From: an uncultured virus (IMG/VR IMGVR_UViG_3300037418_003661)
Taxonomy: Duplodnaviria > Heunggongvirae > Uroviricota > Caudoviricetes
Reading direction: 5' to 3' (one strand)
Length of the DNA: 64,000 nt
IMG/VR virus record: IMGVR_UViG_3300037418_003661
Under the pieces are notes generated by a model. The model was not told the origin of the DNA, ran no database searches, and was given only the letters and a program-made list of their open reading frames with translations. Positions 18,149 through 27,977 of this stretch are shown one piece after another; position 1 is the first letter of the stretch; each line of letters starts with the position of its first letter. The translations under genes were made by a program, and so were the position numbers.

Positions 18149-19666
18149 CTAGTGCTTGCGGATCGTAAGCCAGTTGTCGGTGGGAACACTGCCACCCGAG
18201 GTCAACGCACCAATGGCGTGCGTACCCGAGCCGGTCATGTACATGTAGATCTCGATGTAGTCACCTGCGAGCAGGGGAAGCGTACACGTCGCCGTAACCG
18301 TTGTTGTCGTGTTAGCCGCAAAGATCAGCTCCGAACCGATGCGGCGGTACAACGTGCCGTTCTTCCAGATCTCGACGTAAGCACCTGCCGCACCACCACT
18401 GCTCGATGTTGCACCGATAGCTGCATTGATGTCGTAGGTGTCCGAGACACGCGCAGTAAACCTGCTGTTGCTCATGTCCCACTCACCCAACACGTCGCGC
18501 TCGACGGTGGTGTAAGTCATCTTCGTAGCCGCGCTTGCACTGGCAGACGTTGTTCCCGTTCCTACCGCACGGTAGACCGAGACGTCAGTACCACCTGTCG
18601 TGGCACTCGTTAGCGTTTCTAGCGCATTGCGCAGGTCGGACAACTGCGGATCGATGTACGCAAACAAAGCATCTGGGTACAGCACCTCGACCAGCAATCG
18701 GCCGCCAGCCGTTACGTCCAGAATCAGTTCGCCATCCGAAACTTCGGTGGTAGCAGACGTGTAGCGGAAGATGCCATGCCCTTGGATCAACACCAAGGCA
18801 TCGTCGGCGAGCCCCGTCAGCGCTGCAGCTGCCGCGACGTTGGCAACCACCTGCAAGCCACCAGCGCTCACCTTCAAGGCAAACTCGCTGAGCGCGTGCC
18901 CAGCGAAGGTCGTGGCATCCGTGCCCGCCAGGGGCGACACAGCGCTGGAGATCTTGACTTCGACGCCGGTTGCGGGGATCTCGCCTGCCACGAACGTGAT
19001 CTTGTTGCCCGTGCGGGTGTAGTTCACACCCCCACCGACCATGATGTTGCCGCCGCGCCACACCAACTCGTAAGGACCGCCCGTCGGCAAGGTGTACGTT
19101 GCGTTGCTCGTGCCAACGTCAGCAGTGACCACCACGGGAGTGGTCATCGCACCACCTGCGGACAGGTCGGCGAAGGCGCGCTTGTCGGTCACCAGGGTGA
19201 TGACACCGCCGCTGGTGGTCACTTCTGCCATGCGGAAGCGACCCGCTGTAAAGCCTGTCGTGTTCTTGCTGACAGTACCTGCCGAGTCTACCTCGACGTA
19301 GTTGATGGCGTTGTTGGTCAACCCAATCGTGTTTGCCGACACGCTGACCAGCGTGGGACCGGCCTGCATCTTGCCCGCCTTGTAGCCGTACGTCAGGCCC
19401 GTGGTCGTGGCCGTGTTCTGGCCGAAGTCATCGATGCCACCCGTACCGGCGACGTTGATCAGGCCGGAGCCGTCTCCCGTGATGACGCCGTTGGTGACCG
19501 TGAGGCCACCGTCCATGGTCTGCGTGCCATGCCCCGTCGGGTTGGCGATGAGCAGCTGTGCGGCACCCGATGCTTGCGCGATGGCAAGGACCGCGTTGTG
19601 CAGCACCTTGGTGACGTCGAACTTGCGCTGGAAGTGCGCGAGCGCTTGTGCGATGAGTTCGTTCAC
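18149..19666 (-). CDS. Tail-fibre/receptor-binding protein with C-terminal C1q-like domain
   Basis: C-terminus DVLGEWDMSNSRFTARVSDTYDINAAI...IWKNG...LLAGDYIEIYMY; one internal Ig-like fibre repeat. Confidence 0.7.
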   Translation of the reverse strand: MNELIAQALAHFQRKFDVTKVLHNAVLAIAQASGAAQLLIANPTGHGTQTMDGGLTVTNGVITGDGSGLINVAGTGGIDDFGQNTATTTGLTYGYKAGKMQAGPTLVSVSANTIGLTNNAINYVEVDSAGTVSKNTTGFTAGRFRMAEVTTSGGVITLVTDKRAFADLSAGGAMTTPVVVTADVGTSNATYTLPTGGPYELVWRGGNIMVGGGVNYTRTGNKITFVAGEIPATGVEVKISSAVSPLAGTDATTFAGHALSEFALKVSAGGLQVVANVAAAAALTGLADDALVLIQGHGIFRYTSATTEVSDGELILDVTAGGRLLVEVLYPDALFAYIDPQLSDLRNALETLTSATTGGTDVSVYRAVGTGTTSASASAATKMTYTTVERDVLGEWDMSNSRFTARVSDTYDINAAIGATSSSGGAAGAYVEIWKNGTLYRRIGSELIFAANTTTTVTATCTLPLLAGDYIEIYMYMTGSGTHAIGALTSGGSVPTDNWLTIRKH

Positions 19667-19676
19667 AGGAACACTC

Positions 19677-20489
19677 CTACGTCACGGTCCGGGTGGCGCC
19701 CGTCCAATCCCCGCTGGAATACGAGTTCGTGATGGTCACGGTCTTACCGCCACCCACAATCGTGACGACGTTGAGCGTACCATCGGCGTTGTAGCTAAAA
19801 GTGGTCGTCTTCACGGTCGTACCACCGTTCTTTTCGGTGACGGACGCAATCGTCCCATCCGCGTTCATGACCGTTACGTTCACCAGATCGTGGATCTCGA
19901 TCTCGTATCCGTGCTCGTAGCGGACGTCTGTGTTGGCATCACCGTGGGTGATGTTGCCCTTGACAACGAGGTTGCCGTCCACGGTGCCGTTGCCGGTACT
20001 GTGGAACGATCCATCAACCGACGAGATCTCGAAGCGCGTGACAGGCGTGGTGCCCGTACTGGTCGTCGATTCGAAGACCCAACCATAACCTGCTTGGTTC
20101 TCGACGTTAAAGCGCCGCGCCCAACTGGTCACCAAGGATCCCGTAGATGGTGTAACGCCGTTAGGGCCGCCGGAACCGCCAGGCGCCATGTAGTCCATCC
20201 AGGTCTTGAAGGTTGCGTTGTTGTACCACTGGATGCGCGCATTGGTGTTCGCCGTCCGGTTCATGAACAGATAGCTGTTCGTCCCGAACAAGGCATTGCC
20301 GTTGATGGTCAGGTCGTTGCTGATCGTCAAACCACCGGCAATGGTTTGGGTAGCACCGCCATTCGGGTTACCGATGATCAGTTGAAAGGGAGCTGCCGCC
20401 GCTGCCACAGCCAAGACCGCGCCCCACTTGGGGTGGGTCGTGTCGAACTTGAACGTTAGAATGTTAGCGGCGAGGAGTTCCTCGGACAT
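19677..20489 (-). CDS. Tail-fibre protein (270 aa)
   Basis: N-terminus paralogous to 18149-19666 (KFD..K...AVLA...QLIIGNP..G.TQT..GGLT); C-terminal NADGT module. Confidence 0.7.
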   Translation of the reverse strand: MSEELLAANILTFKFDTTHPKWGAVLAVAAAAAPFQLIIGNPNGGATQTIAGGLTISNDLTINGNALFGTNSYLFMNRTANTNARIQWYNNATFKTWMDYMAPGGSGGPNGVTPSTGSLVTSWARRFNVENQAGYGWVFESTTSTGTTPVTRFEISSVDGSFHSTGNGTVDGNLVVKGNITHGDANTDVRYEHGYEIEIHDLVNVTVMNADGTIASVTEKNGGTTVKTTTFSYNADGTLNVVTIVGGGKTVTITNSYSSGDWTGATRTVT

Positions 20490-20504
20490 GGGGCTACCTC
20501 AAGG

Positions 20505-21455
20505 TTAGTAGAGGAGCCCCATACGAACCAACTGCGTGGTCGTGTTCGGCATCAGGTACAGGTACTCGATGCCGTCGGCCACGATGGTGTCCATGCGGTT
20601 ACCTGCCACGGCAGCGCCGTTCAGGATCACGTACTGGGTAGCCAACATGCGGGCCACCGGACCGCTGCCAGCAGACAGGTCCAGCTCGACAATGCGACCC
20701 GTCGCGTCCTTCGAGATCGCCAGACGCTGTGTTGGTGCACCGGTCAGCAACTTGCACATGTAGCTGCCGGTCGTGAAGGTTTCGGTATCGGGCTTGTACG
20801 TGATCTGTGTCCAGGCGTTGCCGGAGATCGAGTACTGATCCACACGGTTGGTAGCACCACCCGCTACACGGATGATGTGGTCGTTGCCACCACCGTGGCC
20901 CGGCAAGAAGACCAGGCCACAACCGGCGCCCGAGGCCGTGGGTGCGTTAGCCACCGTGGTAGGCGAGGCGACCCAGGCGTTGGTGCTGATCTGGTAGCGG
21001 TAGAAGGTGGCCGCGTTGTTGCCAACCAGGTAGATGAAGTCCGACGAGGCAGCACCCGCGCCGATGGTGGGCATGGCCATGTTACCGTCCGTACCAAAGG
21101 TGGCGGGCAGGTTGGTGACGCTGCGGGCCGTCCAAGCATTGGTGGTCGGATCGTAGTACTGGAAGGTCGGTGTGGCGACGCCGTTGGTGATCAACGCCCA
21201 CAGACGGCTGTTGGCGCTGTCCCACTGCATGCAGGTACCCACGCCGAGCGTACCGCCCGGCGGGTTGGCGAGCTGCTGCCAGGCATCTGCTTGACAGTCG
21301 TAGCGCCAGAAGGACGTGGCAGAGAACAAGGCGTACAAGAAGCGAACGGAGTCGCCCGTCATACAGACACCCGCCGCGACAGCCGCCGGGGGCGGGGTCA
21401 TCTGCTGGAAGATGGGAGTGTCGATGACAGGCTTGTTGTTGTTGACGGTGGTCAT
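20505..21455 (-). CDS. Kelch-like beta-propeller virion protein
   Basis: Repeats FWRYDCQADAWQQL, FQYYDPTTNAWTAR, FYRYQISTNAWVAS and VDQYSISGNAWTQI. Confidence 0.7.
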   Translation of the reverse strand: MTTVNNNKPVIDTPIFQQMTPPPAAVAAGVCMTGDSVRFLYALFSATSFWRYDCQADAWQQLANPPGGTLGVGTCMQWDSANSRLWALITNGVATPTFQYYDPTTNAWTARSVTNLPATFGTDGNMAMPTIGAGAASSDFIYLVGNNAATFYRYQISTNAWVASPTTVANAPTASGAGCGLVFLPGHGGGNDHIIRVAGGATNRVDQYSISGNAWTQITYKPDTETFTTGSYMCKLLTGAPTQRLAISKDATGRIVELDLSAGSGPVARMLATQYVILNGAAVAGNRMDTIVADGIEYLYLMPNTTTQLVRMGLLY

Positions 21456-21465
21456 GGGGATTCTC

Positions 21466-21735
21466 CTAGCTCAGATTCTTTCGGAAGCCCGCATAGTAGT
21501 TCTGGGCAGTGTCCAACTGGGTCTTGCCATTGGCGTTGGTGGCACCCCAGTTGGTGATGTTGCTCAGAGTGGTACACGTTGTCACCGTGGTCACCGTGGT
21601 CACGGTACCGCTGGAAATCAAGGCATCCACCTGCAGACGGTTCGCGGTGTTCACGATGAGGCGTCCCAACGTCTTCGTCAGGATCTCCATGAAGGCACGC
21701 TCCAGGGCGCCACTTGCGATACTTCCCTTGTTCAT
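21466..21735 (-). CDS. Hypothetical virion protein (89 aa)
   Basis: AGGAGG RBS; TVTTVTTVTTCTT repeat. Confidence 0.65.
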   Translation of the reverse strand: MNKGSIASGALERAFMEILTKTLGRLIVNTANRLQVDALISSGTVTTVTTVTTCTTLSNITNWGATNANGKTQLDTAQNYYAGFRKNLS

Positions 21736-21744
21736 CGGGTCCTC

Positions 21745-22062
21745 CTACTCTGCCGTCACGAACCAAGCCGTGCCCGTGCTGTACAAAGTCACGTACTCCT
21801 GCGCGTACTCCAAAACGTAAGTCGAGACGATCCCGATCAGTTCGGCTCCGTTGGGGTCGATCGTAACGGTGTTGGTCGTGCTGTCCGTCTTGACGACTGT
21901 GAAGGATCGACCTGTCACCGTCGCTGCGGCCGGTAGGGTCAGTACGAAACTGCCCGAGGTCGCGTCGGCCAAGGTCACCGACTCGTTGGAGGTGATCGTG
22001 TGGTTTCCCGTCACCACCGAAGGCGGGACGCCATCCAGAACTTCCGGGCCGATGTTAGGCAT
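21745..22062 (-). CDS. Small tail-fibre module protein
   Basis: DATSGSFVLTLPAA...GRSFTVVKTD...NTVTIDPNGAELI...VTLYSTG.AW; start overlaps the upstream stop (TAATG). Confidence 0.7.
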   Translation of the reverse strand: MPNIGPEVLDGVPPSVVTGNHTITSNESVTLADATSGSFVLTLPAAATVTGRSFTVVKTDSTTNTVTIDPNGAELIGIVSTYVLEYAQEYVTLYSTGTAWFVTAE

Positions 22063-23822
22063 TACACCACCACCTTGGTCACCGTGACCGTGCCACTGCC
22101 GTACGCGTACGTGTGGGTTGCTGTCTTTCCGTTTGCAACGTAGACCTTCGTTGCAATAGATCCGTCACTGTTGTACGTGATGGTCAAGGTCTTGACCGTC
22201 GTCGCGCCGTTCTTCCAGGTCACCGTTGCCAAGGTCCCATCCGCGTTGAGCGTCTGGTCTTCCTCCAGGGTACCCGTCTCCATGTACGTGCCCATGTCTG
22301 GGAGCATCGTGGAGTCGATCACACCGCCTGCAGTCGTCTTGACGATCGCGTTAGCCGTGCTTGTAACTGCTGGAGCGGATCCCTGGAGTGTGATTGCATC
22401 GATGTCGTTGTCAGAGATCGAGCAACTGATTACTACCTTAGCAGTACTAAGTGGGATATTTCCGGCAACAAATGTGATCTTGGTTCCCGTGCGGGTGTAG
22501 TCGGTTCCTCGTACTTGGATCGCACCCGACTTCCACACCATCTCGTAACCACCCGTGGTGGGCAAGGTGTAGGTGGCGTTACCGGTTCCCGCGTCGGCAG
22601 CAACAATGGCCGGGACGGACATGGCACCTAGATCGGTGGCAGCGACCGACACACTGATCGTCACCTTTGACGTACTCAGTGGGATGTTTCCTGCCACAAA
22701 GGTGATCTGGTTGCCCGTGCGTGTGTAGTCGGTGCCGCGTACCTGGATCGCACCCGACTTCCATACCATTTCGTAGTTACCCAGGTACGGGAGCGTGTAC
22801 GTGGCATTGCCCGTACCCACATCTGCGGTGACCACCACGGGCACCGACATGGCGCCTGGCAGGTTGCCGATCGTGGACAACACACCACCAGAGTAGGCAA
22901 TCGAAGTGCCATCGACCGCGTTATCCAACAACACCGTGCGATCGGCCCCGTTGACACGCGTGAAGACGCCGCCGGTCGTGGTCCAGAAGTCTCCGTCCAG
23001 AGGTGTGGTGGGTGCGACGCCGTGTGGTAGATTCAACGAGGCTGCGCCTGCAGTTGCCGCCGACAACGTGGTTCGTCCGTTCTCACTGACGGAGAACAGC
23101 AGCGTACCACCGGCCGCTGTGTTCGCGTTCGTGCGCACGGCGAACTTGCGCGTGGTGTCGCTGTTGTCCGAGTCGATCAAGACAATGACATCGGCCGTGG
23201 AATTGACCACCGTACCATTGCTACTATCGACAAACAGCCCGTTGTTGGCGTTGAGTCCCAGGTAGCTGGTTGGAACCGCGTTTGCCGTCGTCGCGGCGAT
23301 CGCGTGAACCGTTGCTGTCAACGTAGTGTTGTTGCTTGCATCGATCGCGCCAACCGTGATATTGCCATTGTCCGCCGCGTTGCGGAAGGTCAACAGGCCC
23401 GCGTTACCAATGACGACACTACCCTTGATGTACGCACCGTTGGTGGGTACCTTGCTCACATCAGCATAAGCACTGGATACGAGCAACTGACCAACATTAA
23501 CACCCACGGCAGCGCTGCCGTTAAGAAAGTTGATGGGGACCGTCGACCGCAGCTGACCGCTTGTCAAGGTCAGACCACTGGCACCCCCAACCGTCATGTT
23601 ACCGGCGAAGTTGGGGGTGGTGGCGCTGTACAGGGCGACGTTGGTCGACAGCGTGCTGTCCGCCAACCCGTTGGTACCCAAAGCAGCGTTGACGTTGGCG
23701 CCGTTGATCGAGATGGTGCCCGCGGACAGCCCGATGTTCGATCCAACGATAACGGCGCCGCGGACGGCGCCCGCAGCGAGGGGTAGGTGGTTAGCTGGGT
23801 AAAGGCTACCTTCGTAAGACAT
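22062..23822 (-). CDS. Tail-fibre protein (586 aa)
   Basis: N-terminus nearly identical to 23850-25280; two tandem ~70-aa repeats (MSVP..V.AD.GTGNATYTLP...YEMVWKSGAIQVRGTDYTRTG); C-terminal NADGT module. Confidence 0.75.
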   Translation of the reverse strand: MSYEGSLYPANHLPLAAGAVRGAVIVGSNIGLSAGTISINGANVNAALGTNGLADSTLSTNVALYSATTPNFAGNMTVGGASGLTLTSGQLRSTVPINFLNGSAAVGVNVGQLLVSSAYADVSKVPTNGAYIKGSVVIGNAGLLTFRNAADNGNITVGAIDASNNTTLTATVHAIAATTANAVPTSYLGLNANNGLFVDSSNGTVVNSTADVIVLIDSDNSDTTRKFAVRTNANTAAGGTLLFSVSENGRTTLSAATAGAASLNLPHGVAPTTPLDGDFWTTTGGVFTRVNGADRTVLLDNAVDGTSIAYSGGVLSTIGNLPGAMSVPVVVTADVGTGNATYTLPYLGNYEMVWKSGAIQVRGTDYTRTGNQITFVAGNIPLSTSKVTISVSVAATDLGAMSVPAIVAADAGTGNATYTLPTTGGYEMVWKSGAIQVRGTDYTRTGTKITFVAGNIPLSTAKVVISCSISDNDIDAITLQGSAPAVTSTANAIVKTTAGGVIDSTMLPDMGTYMETGTLEEDQTLNADGTLATVTWKNGATTVKTLTITYNSDGSIATKVYVANGKTATHTYAYGSGTVTVTKVVV

Positions 23823-23849
23823 TGGATCCCCCGATCCGGTCGGGCGACC

Positions 23850-25280
23850 TTACATCACGTTCCACTCGGTGCCGTTGTAGACCAGCTCGCGGGAACCGTA
23901 GTTGGACTCGATGAGGTGGGTGGCCTGACCGTCGATCGTGCCCGCAGCCGGGGTGATCGTGATGGTGTTCGTGCCTGCATCACCCTTGCCGTCCTTGATG
24001 GTGAACCACTCGCCGTTGGTCGGCGTCGCAGGCAAGTTCACAACAGTCGCGGCACCCACGGTCTTGTTAATGATGACGATGTCGTCGGCCGTGGTCACGG
24101 TGACGGCACCGGCCGCCGTCACGACGCGGTTGGTGCGTACGATGGCTTGCGGGCTGACGGAGAAGACACCCGCCGACACGGCGATACCCGCACCCGCCTG
24201 CGCAGCGCCCAGCGCCGCGGCGGTTGCCACGGGCAGGTCCAAGGGTACCAGAGCACGGTAAGCAGGCGCCGCAGCGCCGCCGGAGGCCGGACCGGCCAAC
24301 ACCAGGTTCGCGTTCTGGTTGGCGAACGACAGCGTGATCGAGCCGGTCGAAGCCGTGACCGACAGACCCGAACCGCTGACCGCGAAGGCGGTCACACCGG
24401 CGTTGCTGATGACGCCCGCGGTGATGCCCAAACCCGAACCTACCTGTACGGCACCGAACGCCGCGCCGGTCGCCAGGGGCAGCGTGCTCGCCGGGATGCT
24501 GTTGGCACCTGTGATCTGCGCACCAGGGATGCCCGTCAGACCGGTAGCGGGACCCGTGAACTGCGTGGTCGCGGTGATGGTACCCGTCGACGTAATGTTG
24601 CCCGCACGGAACGCCTGCTCCGACGACGCGATGTACGCGGAGTCGTCCGCCTTCACCTTGGCAGTGGTCCAGCGCGAGTTGGCGTTGTCCCAGGTGATAC
24701 CCGGCATGTCATTGGCGACGGAGCTGCCGTTGGAGCCCACGTACACCGAGATACCGGTGGCTAGCGTGGGAGCGGGATCGCTCACGCCGACACCGGCCGA
24801 CGGCCAGTTCACCTGGATGATGCGGTCATTGAAGTCCACCGAGGTCGAGTTGACCTGGAAAGTGGTACCCGTGACGGTCAGGTTACCGTTGATGACGGTG
24901 TTGCCACCGATGGTGCCGCCCGCGGAGTTGAACGGCGTGTAACCCAGGGCGGTGGTGATGTTCGTGCCGGTCAGCGAGATCGTGCCGGAGGCCAGCGTGA
25001 TGTTGGAGCCGACGATCACCGCACCGCGCGTGCCACCCGCGGCCAGGGGCAGCTGCGACGCCGTGAGCAAACCGCCGCTCAGACCGGCGTAGCCGTTCGA
25101 GGCGTTCTTGTTGGCCTGGTCTTCGGGGGTGTAGCCGAGCGCGTTGGTAACGTTGGTGCCGTTGATCGAGATCGTGCCCGCGGACAGCCCGATGTTGGTA
25201 CCAACAATGACGGCACCACGCACACCACCTGCCGCGAGGGGCAGGTGATTCGCGGGATAAAGACTACCTTCGTAGGACAT
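23850..25280 (-). CDS. Tail-fibre protein (476 aa)
   Basis: Four LP(L/V)A....GA..(V/A)G..I....G..S repeats, ALGYTP motifs and a C-terminal fibre module. Confidence 0.75.
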   Translation of the reverse strand: MSYEGSLYPANHLPLAAGGVRGAVIVGTNIGLSAGTISINGTNVTNALGYTPEDQANKNASNGYAGLSGGLLTASQLPLAAGGTRGAVIVGSNITLASGTISLTGTNITTALGYTPFNSAGGTIGGNTVINGNLTVTGTTFQVNSTSVDFNDRIIQVNWPSAGVGVSDPAPTLATGISVYVGSNGSSVANDMPGITWDNANSRWTTAKVKADDSAYIASSEQAFRAGNITSTGTITATTQFTGPATGLTGIPGAQITGANSIPASTLPLATGAAFGAVQVGSGLGITAGVISNAGVTAFAVSGSGLSVTASTGSITLSFANQNANLVLAGPASGGAAAPAYRALVPLDLPVATAAALGAAQAGAGIAVSAGVFSVSPQAIVRTNRVVTAAGAVTVTTADDIVIINKTVGAATVVNLPATPTNGEWFTIKDGKGDAGTNTITITPAAGTIDGQATHLIESNYGSRELVYNGTEWNVM

Positions 25281-26447
25281 CTACTTGATCCTCCAGACGG
25301 TGCCGTCGAGGTAGAAGGTACGGCTTGCGTAGTCGGCACTGATCGTAGAGACGGGTTCGAGCGTGGTGCTGCCCCCGGCGACGAACGTGATGTTGTTGGT
25401 CGAGGCGTTTCCGCTGATGTCCTTGACCGTGACGGTCTTGCCGTAGTCCCAGGTACCCGGCAGCGTAATCGCCACCGGCCCGGCGCCATTGACGTGCACG
25501 GTGACGTCATCATTCTGAACCGTTGCGTTAGCAGTAACTGTGCGGAAGTTGGGCAAGTAACCCAGTGCCGCCCAGGTGCCTGGCGTGCCGTCCGCGATGC
25601 AGGTCCAACCCGTTGCCAGACCGCGTGCGGGCAGGTTGTTGAGGACCACATCGCCGCGAACGTGTGCACCCGATCCCGGAGGCGCGCTGCCTTGGATCAG
25701 CTGGTTCGTAGACAGCAAGAAGGTACCCAACACCTGGACATCGTGCTGGAAGGTGTTGGTTGCGGCATCCGTGAGCGGGACTTCCGCGGGCATGTCGGTC
25801 TTCACCAGCAGGCGGAAGGTTGCTGCCTGGTCGGCGCCCGAGGTCGGACCCGCGAACACCTTGTGAGCTGCCTGCGAGCCGCCACCCACTGCCGCAGCAA
25901 TGCTGGTATCGGCACCCACCGCCGTGTAGGTCGTGCCGTTCCAGTTACCGACCACCACCTCATGGCTGGTGGGCGTGTAAGTTGCCAGCGTCACGCGCAG
26001 CGTGCCATCGTCCTTCGCGACCAGATACTGGTTGGTGGCGTTCGTGAAACTGACCATGTAGTTGACCGTGGGCAGCGTGCAGTACAGCCCGTTGATCGCG
26101 ACCTCACCGGCTTGGAGCGTCAGGTTGACGCCGCCCGTCATCGTGCCGGTGTAGGAGGTCATAATCCAGTGCGCGCCGATCGCCGCGGCGAAGATCCTAC
26201 CGAACTGCGTGCGCTGCAGTTGCTCGGCGGCCACCGCGCGGTCGCTCTCGTCCCGGCGGGTGTCCTCCAGGTAGGCGAGGATGCCACGAATCTCCTCGTT
26301 ACGCAGGTTGAAGAGCGCTGCGGTAACGAAGTTGCCTGCCACGTACGCGCTGAGCAGCGAGTCGTCCGGCACGCCGTAGGACTTGTTCATCAGCAGGGTG
26401 ATGGGTCCCTGCTGGGCACTGCTGTAGGCGGTGATGTTGTAGCTCAC
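25281..26447 (-). CDS. Tail-fibre/adaptor protein (388 aa)
   Basis: APPGSGAHVRGDVVLN..P.RG...GWTC...GTPGTW tailspike-type motif; VFAGPTSG..AA.FR.LV motif shared with 23850-25280; C-terminal fibre module. Confidence 0.7.
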   Translation of the reverse strand: MSYNITAYSSAQQGPITLLMNKSYGVPDDSLLSAYVAGNFVTAALFNLRNEEIRGILAYLEDTRRDESDRAVAAEQLQRTQFGRIFAAAIGAHWIMTSYTGTMTGGVNLTLQAGEVAINGLYCTLPTVNYMVSFTNATNQYLVAKDDGTLRVTLATYTPTSHEVVVGNWNGTTYTAVGADTSIAAAVGGGSQAAHKVFAGPTSGADQAATFRLLVKTDMPAEVPLTDAATNTFQHDVQVLGTFLLSTNQLIQGSAPPGSGAHVRGDVVLNNLPARGLATGWTCIADGTPGTWAALGYLPNFRTVTANATVQNDDVTVHVNGAGPVAITLPGTWDYGKTVTVKDISGNASTNNITFVAGGSTTLEPVSTISADYASRTFYLDGTVWRIK

Positions 26448-26456
26448 GACTTACTC

Positions 26457-27758
26457 CTACGACACGCTGTCCGTGACGCCCGACCACAGCCCATTCACGT
26501 CGTACGTGTGGTTCTGTGTGAAGGTCTTGCCGTCCGCCTCTTCGACCACCGAGGCCAGCGATCCGTTTGGGTTGTAGCTGAAGGTCACGGTCTTCACGAC
26601 CGTAGCGCCATCCGTGTACTGGATCCCTGCAATCGTGCCATCGGCGTTGGTGGTGACCACCTTGGTCAGCGTGTCCTGCTGGAGGTCGACGCCGTGGGTG
26701 ATGGTCACCGTGGTGTTGCTGCCCGGCCCCGCCGTGCCACTACCGGCCGATAGCAACGTCGACATGAACGAGGCGGCCAGCGTGCTGCCGCTGGGCGGCT
26801 TGGTGCTGCCCAGGAACTGGATCTGACGACCCCGCACCACGAAGTCCTCGTACTGCGTGTAGAAGACCACCGACCCGTTCGAAAGCGTCGCGCGCAGCAC
26901 GATCGTGTCGGTCACGGGCGTCACGGCCAGCGTGAAGGTCTGGACCACACCATCCGGCACCGGGGTCGGCACCTCGCTGGCGAAGTAGATACCCACCACC
27001 GGGTAACCCCAGCTGACGGCCACGTCGTAGGGCTGCGCGGGGTTGTAGTGCAAGAGCACCGTGTGCGCGTCGAGGTCCAGGGTGTAGTCGTCCGCGCTCA
27101 GCAAGAAACCGTAGTCGAGGATCTGCACCGAGCGTCCATGGTCCACGGGCAGGTTGAACAGGCGCGGATTCCCGATGGCGTCAGGCTGCGTGATGCCGAC
27201 GATCGGGCGCATACCCGGACCACCGGAACCCCAGCAGGCGCTGATGTCGTAGGTCGTCGCCGGTGTGTAGGTCAGCTGCACGACACCGGAGACGATCTTG
27301 AACTCGTCCCGGCGCAAGAGACGCCCATGGTCCAGCACCTGCACGTTGACACCTGCCTCGGGCGGCAGCTGCCACATAGTAGGATCGCCACCCACCTCCG
27401 TGAGCGCGACCGGCACGGTCAGACCGCCGCGGCTGGACGACCAGACCGCCGAAAGGTTGTACGGCGAAGAAGGATCGTAGGTCAGCAGGACTTCGTTGGT
27501 GGCGGTGTCGATCGAGAACTCGGTGACCTTGAGCATGCGCCCGTGGTCGAGCACGTTGAGGGTGCCCACCGCACCATCCGGGATCACCCAACGACGAATG
27601 GACGACCCCTGCTCCATGAGCACGGGCGAACCCACACCCGAATCGACGTCGCTCGCGCGCAGCGTCTGGGCCACGTTCAGCACGTAGGCAAGGGCGTCGT
27701 TGATCTTGCTGATGCCATCGCCGAAGAAGTCGGCGGCTTGCACCTGAGGGATCGTCAC
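26457..27758 (-). CDS. Virion protein with tandem Ig-like repeats
   Basis: Three clear repeats (VLDHGRML, VLDHGRLL, ILDYGFLL, each ending LTY/LHY.P...Y...A.W) plus a fourth diverged one; C-terminal NADGT module. Confidence 0.7.
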   Translation of the reverse strand: MTIPQVQAADFFGDGISKINDALAYVLNVAQTLRASDVDSGVGSPVLMEQGSSIRRWVIPDGAVGTLNVLDHGRMLKVTEFSIDTATNEVLLTYDPSSPYNLSAVWSSSRGGLTVPVALTEVGGDPTMWQLPPEAGVNVQVLDHGRLLRRDEFKIVSGVVQLTYTPATTYDISACWGSGGPGMRPIVGITQPDAIGNPRLFNLPVDHGRSVQILDYGFLLSADDYTLDLDAHTVLLHYNPAQPYDVAVSWGYPVVGIYFASEVPTPVPDGVVQTFTLAVTPVTDTIVLRATLSNGSVVFYTQYEDFVVRGRQIQFLGSTKPPSGSTLAASFMSTLLSAGSGTAGPGSNTTVTITHGVDLQQDTLTKVVTTNADGTIAGIQYTDGATVVKTVTFSYNPNGSLASVVEEADGKTFTQNHTYDVNGLWSGVTDSVS

Positions 27759-27761
27759 GGG

Positions 27762-27968
27762 TTAGCCTCCCGAGGTTTCGCGCAGCACTTCCAACACGTC
27801 GTCTGGCACGAGCTGGCCCGCGTTCATGGCTTCGGCAGCCTTCAGCATCGCACCGGAGACACGCTGAATCTGTTCGAGTGCGCGCTCTTCAGGACCCGGA
27901 TGGAACAACCACATCCCGGAGTTGGGACACACCACGTAGGGTGGCAAGCTTTGCGTGGGCGTGTTCAT
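27762..27968 (-). CDS. Hypothetical protein (68 aa)
   Basis: AAGGAG RBS; CPNSGMWLFHP resembles short genes that follow DUF4815 genes in large myophages. Confidence 0.65.
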   Translation of the reverse strand: MNTPTQSLPPYVVCPNSGMWLFHPGPEERALEQIQRVSGAMLKAAEAMNAGQLVPDDVLEVLRETSGG

Positions 27969-27977
27969 GGCGGCTCC

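Noticed and set aside
22430..22860. Two ~210-bp similar segments as a possible diversity-generating retroelement TR/VR pair
   Set aside because: Both copies are in frame inside one gene, differences are mostly synonymous and not restricted to adenines, and there is no reverse transcriptase in the window.
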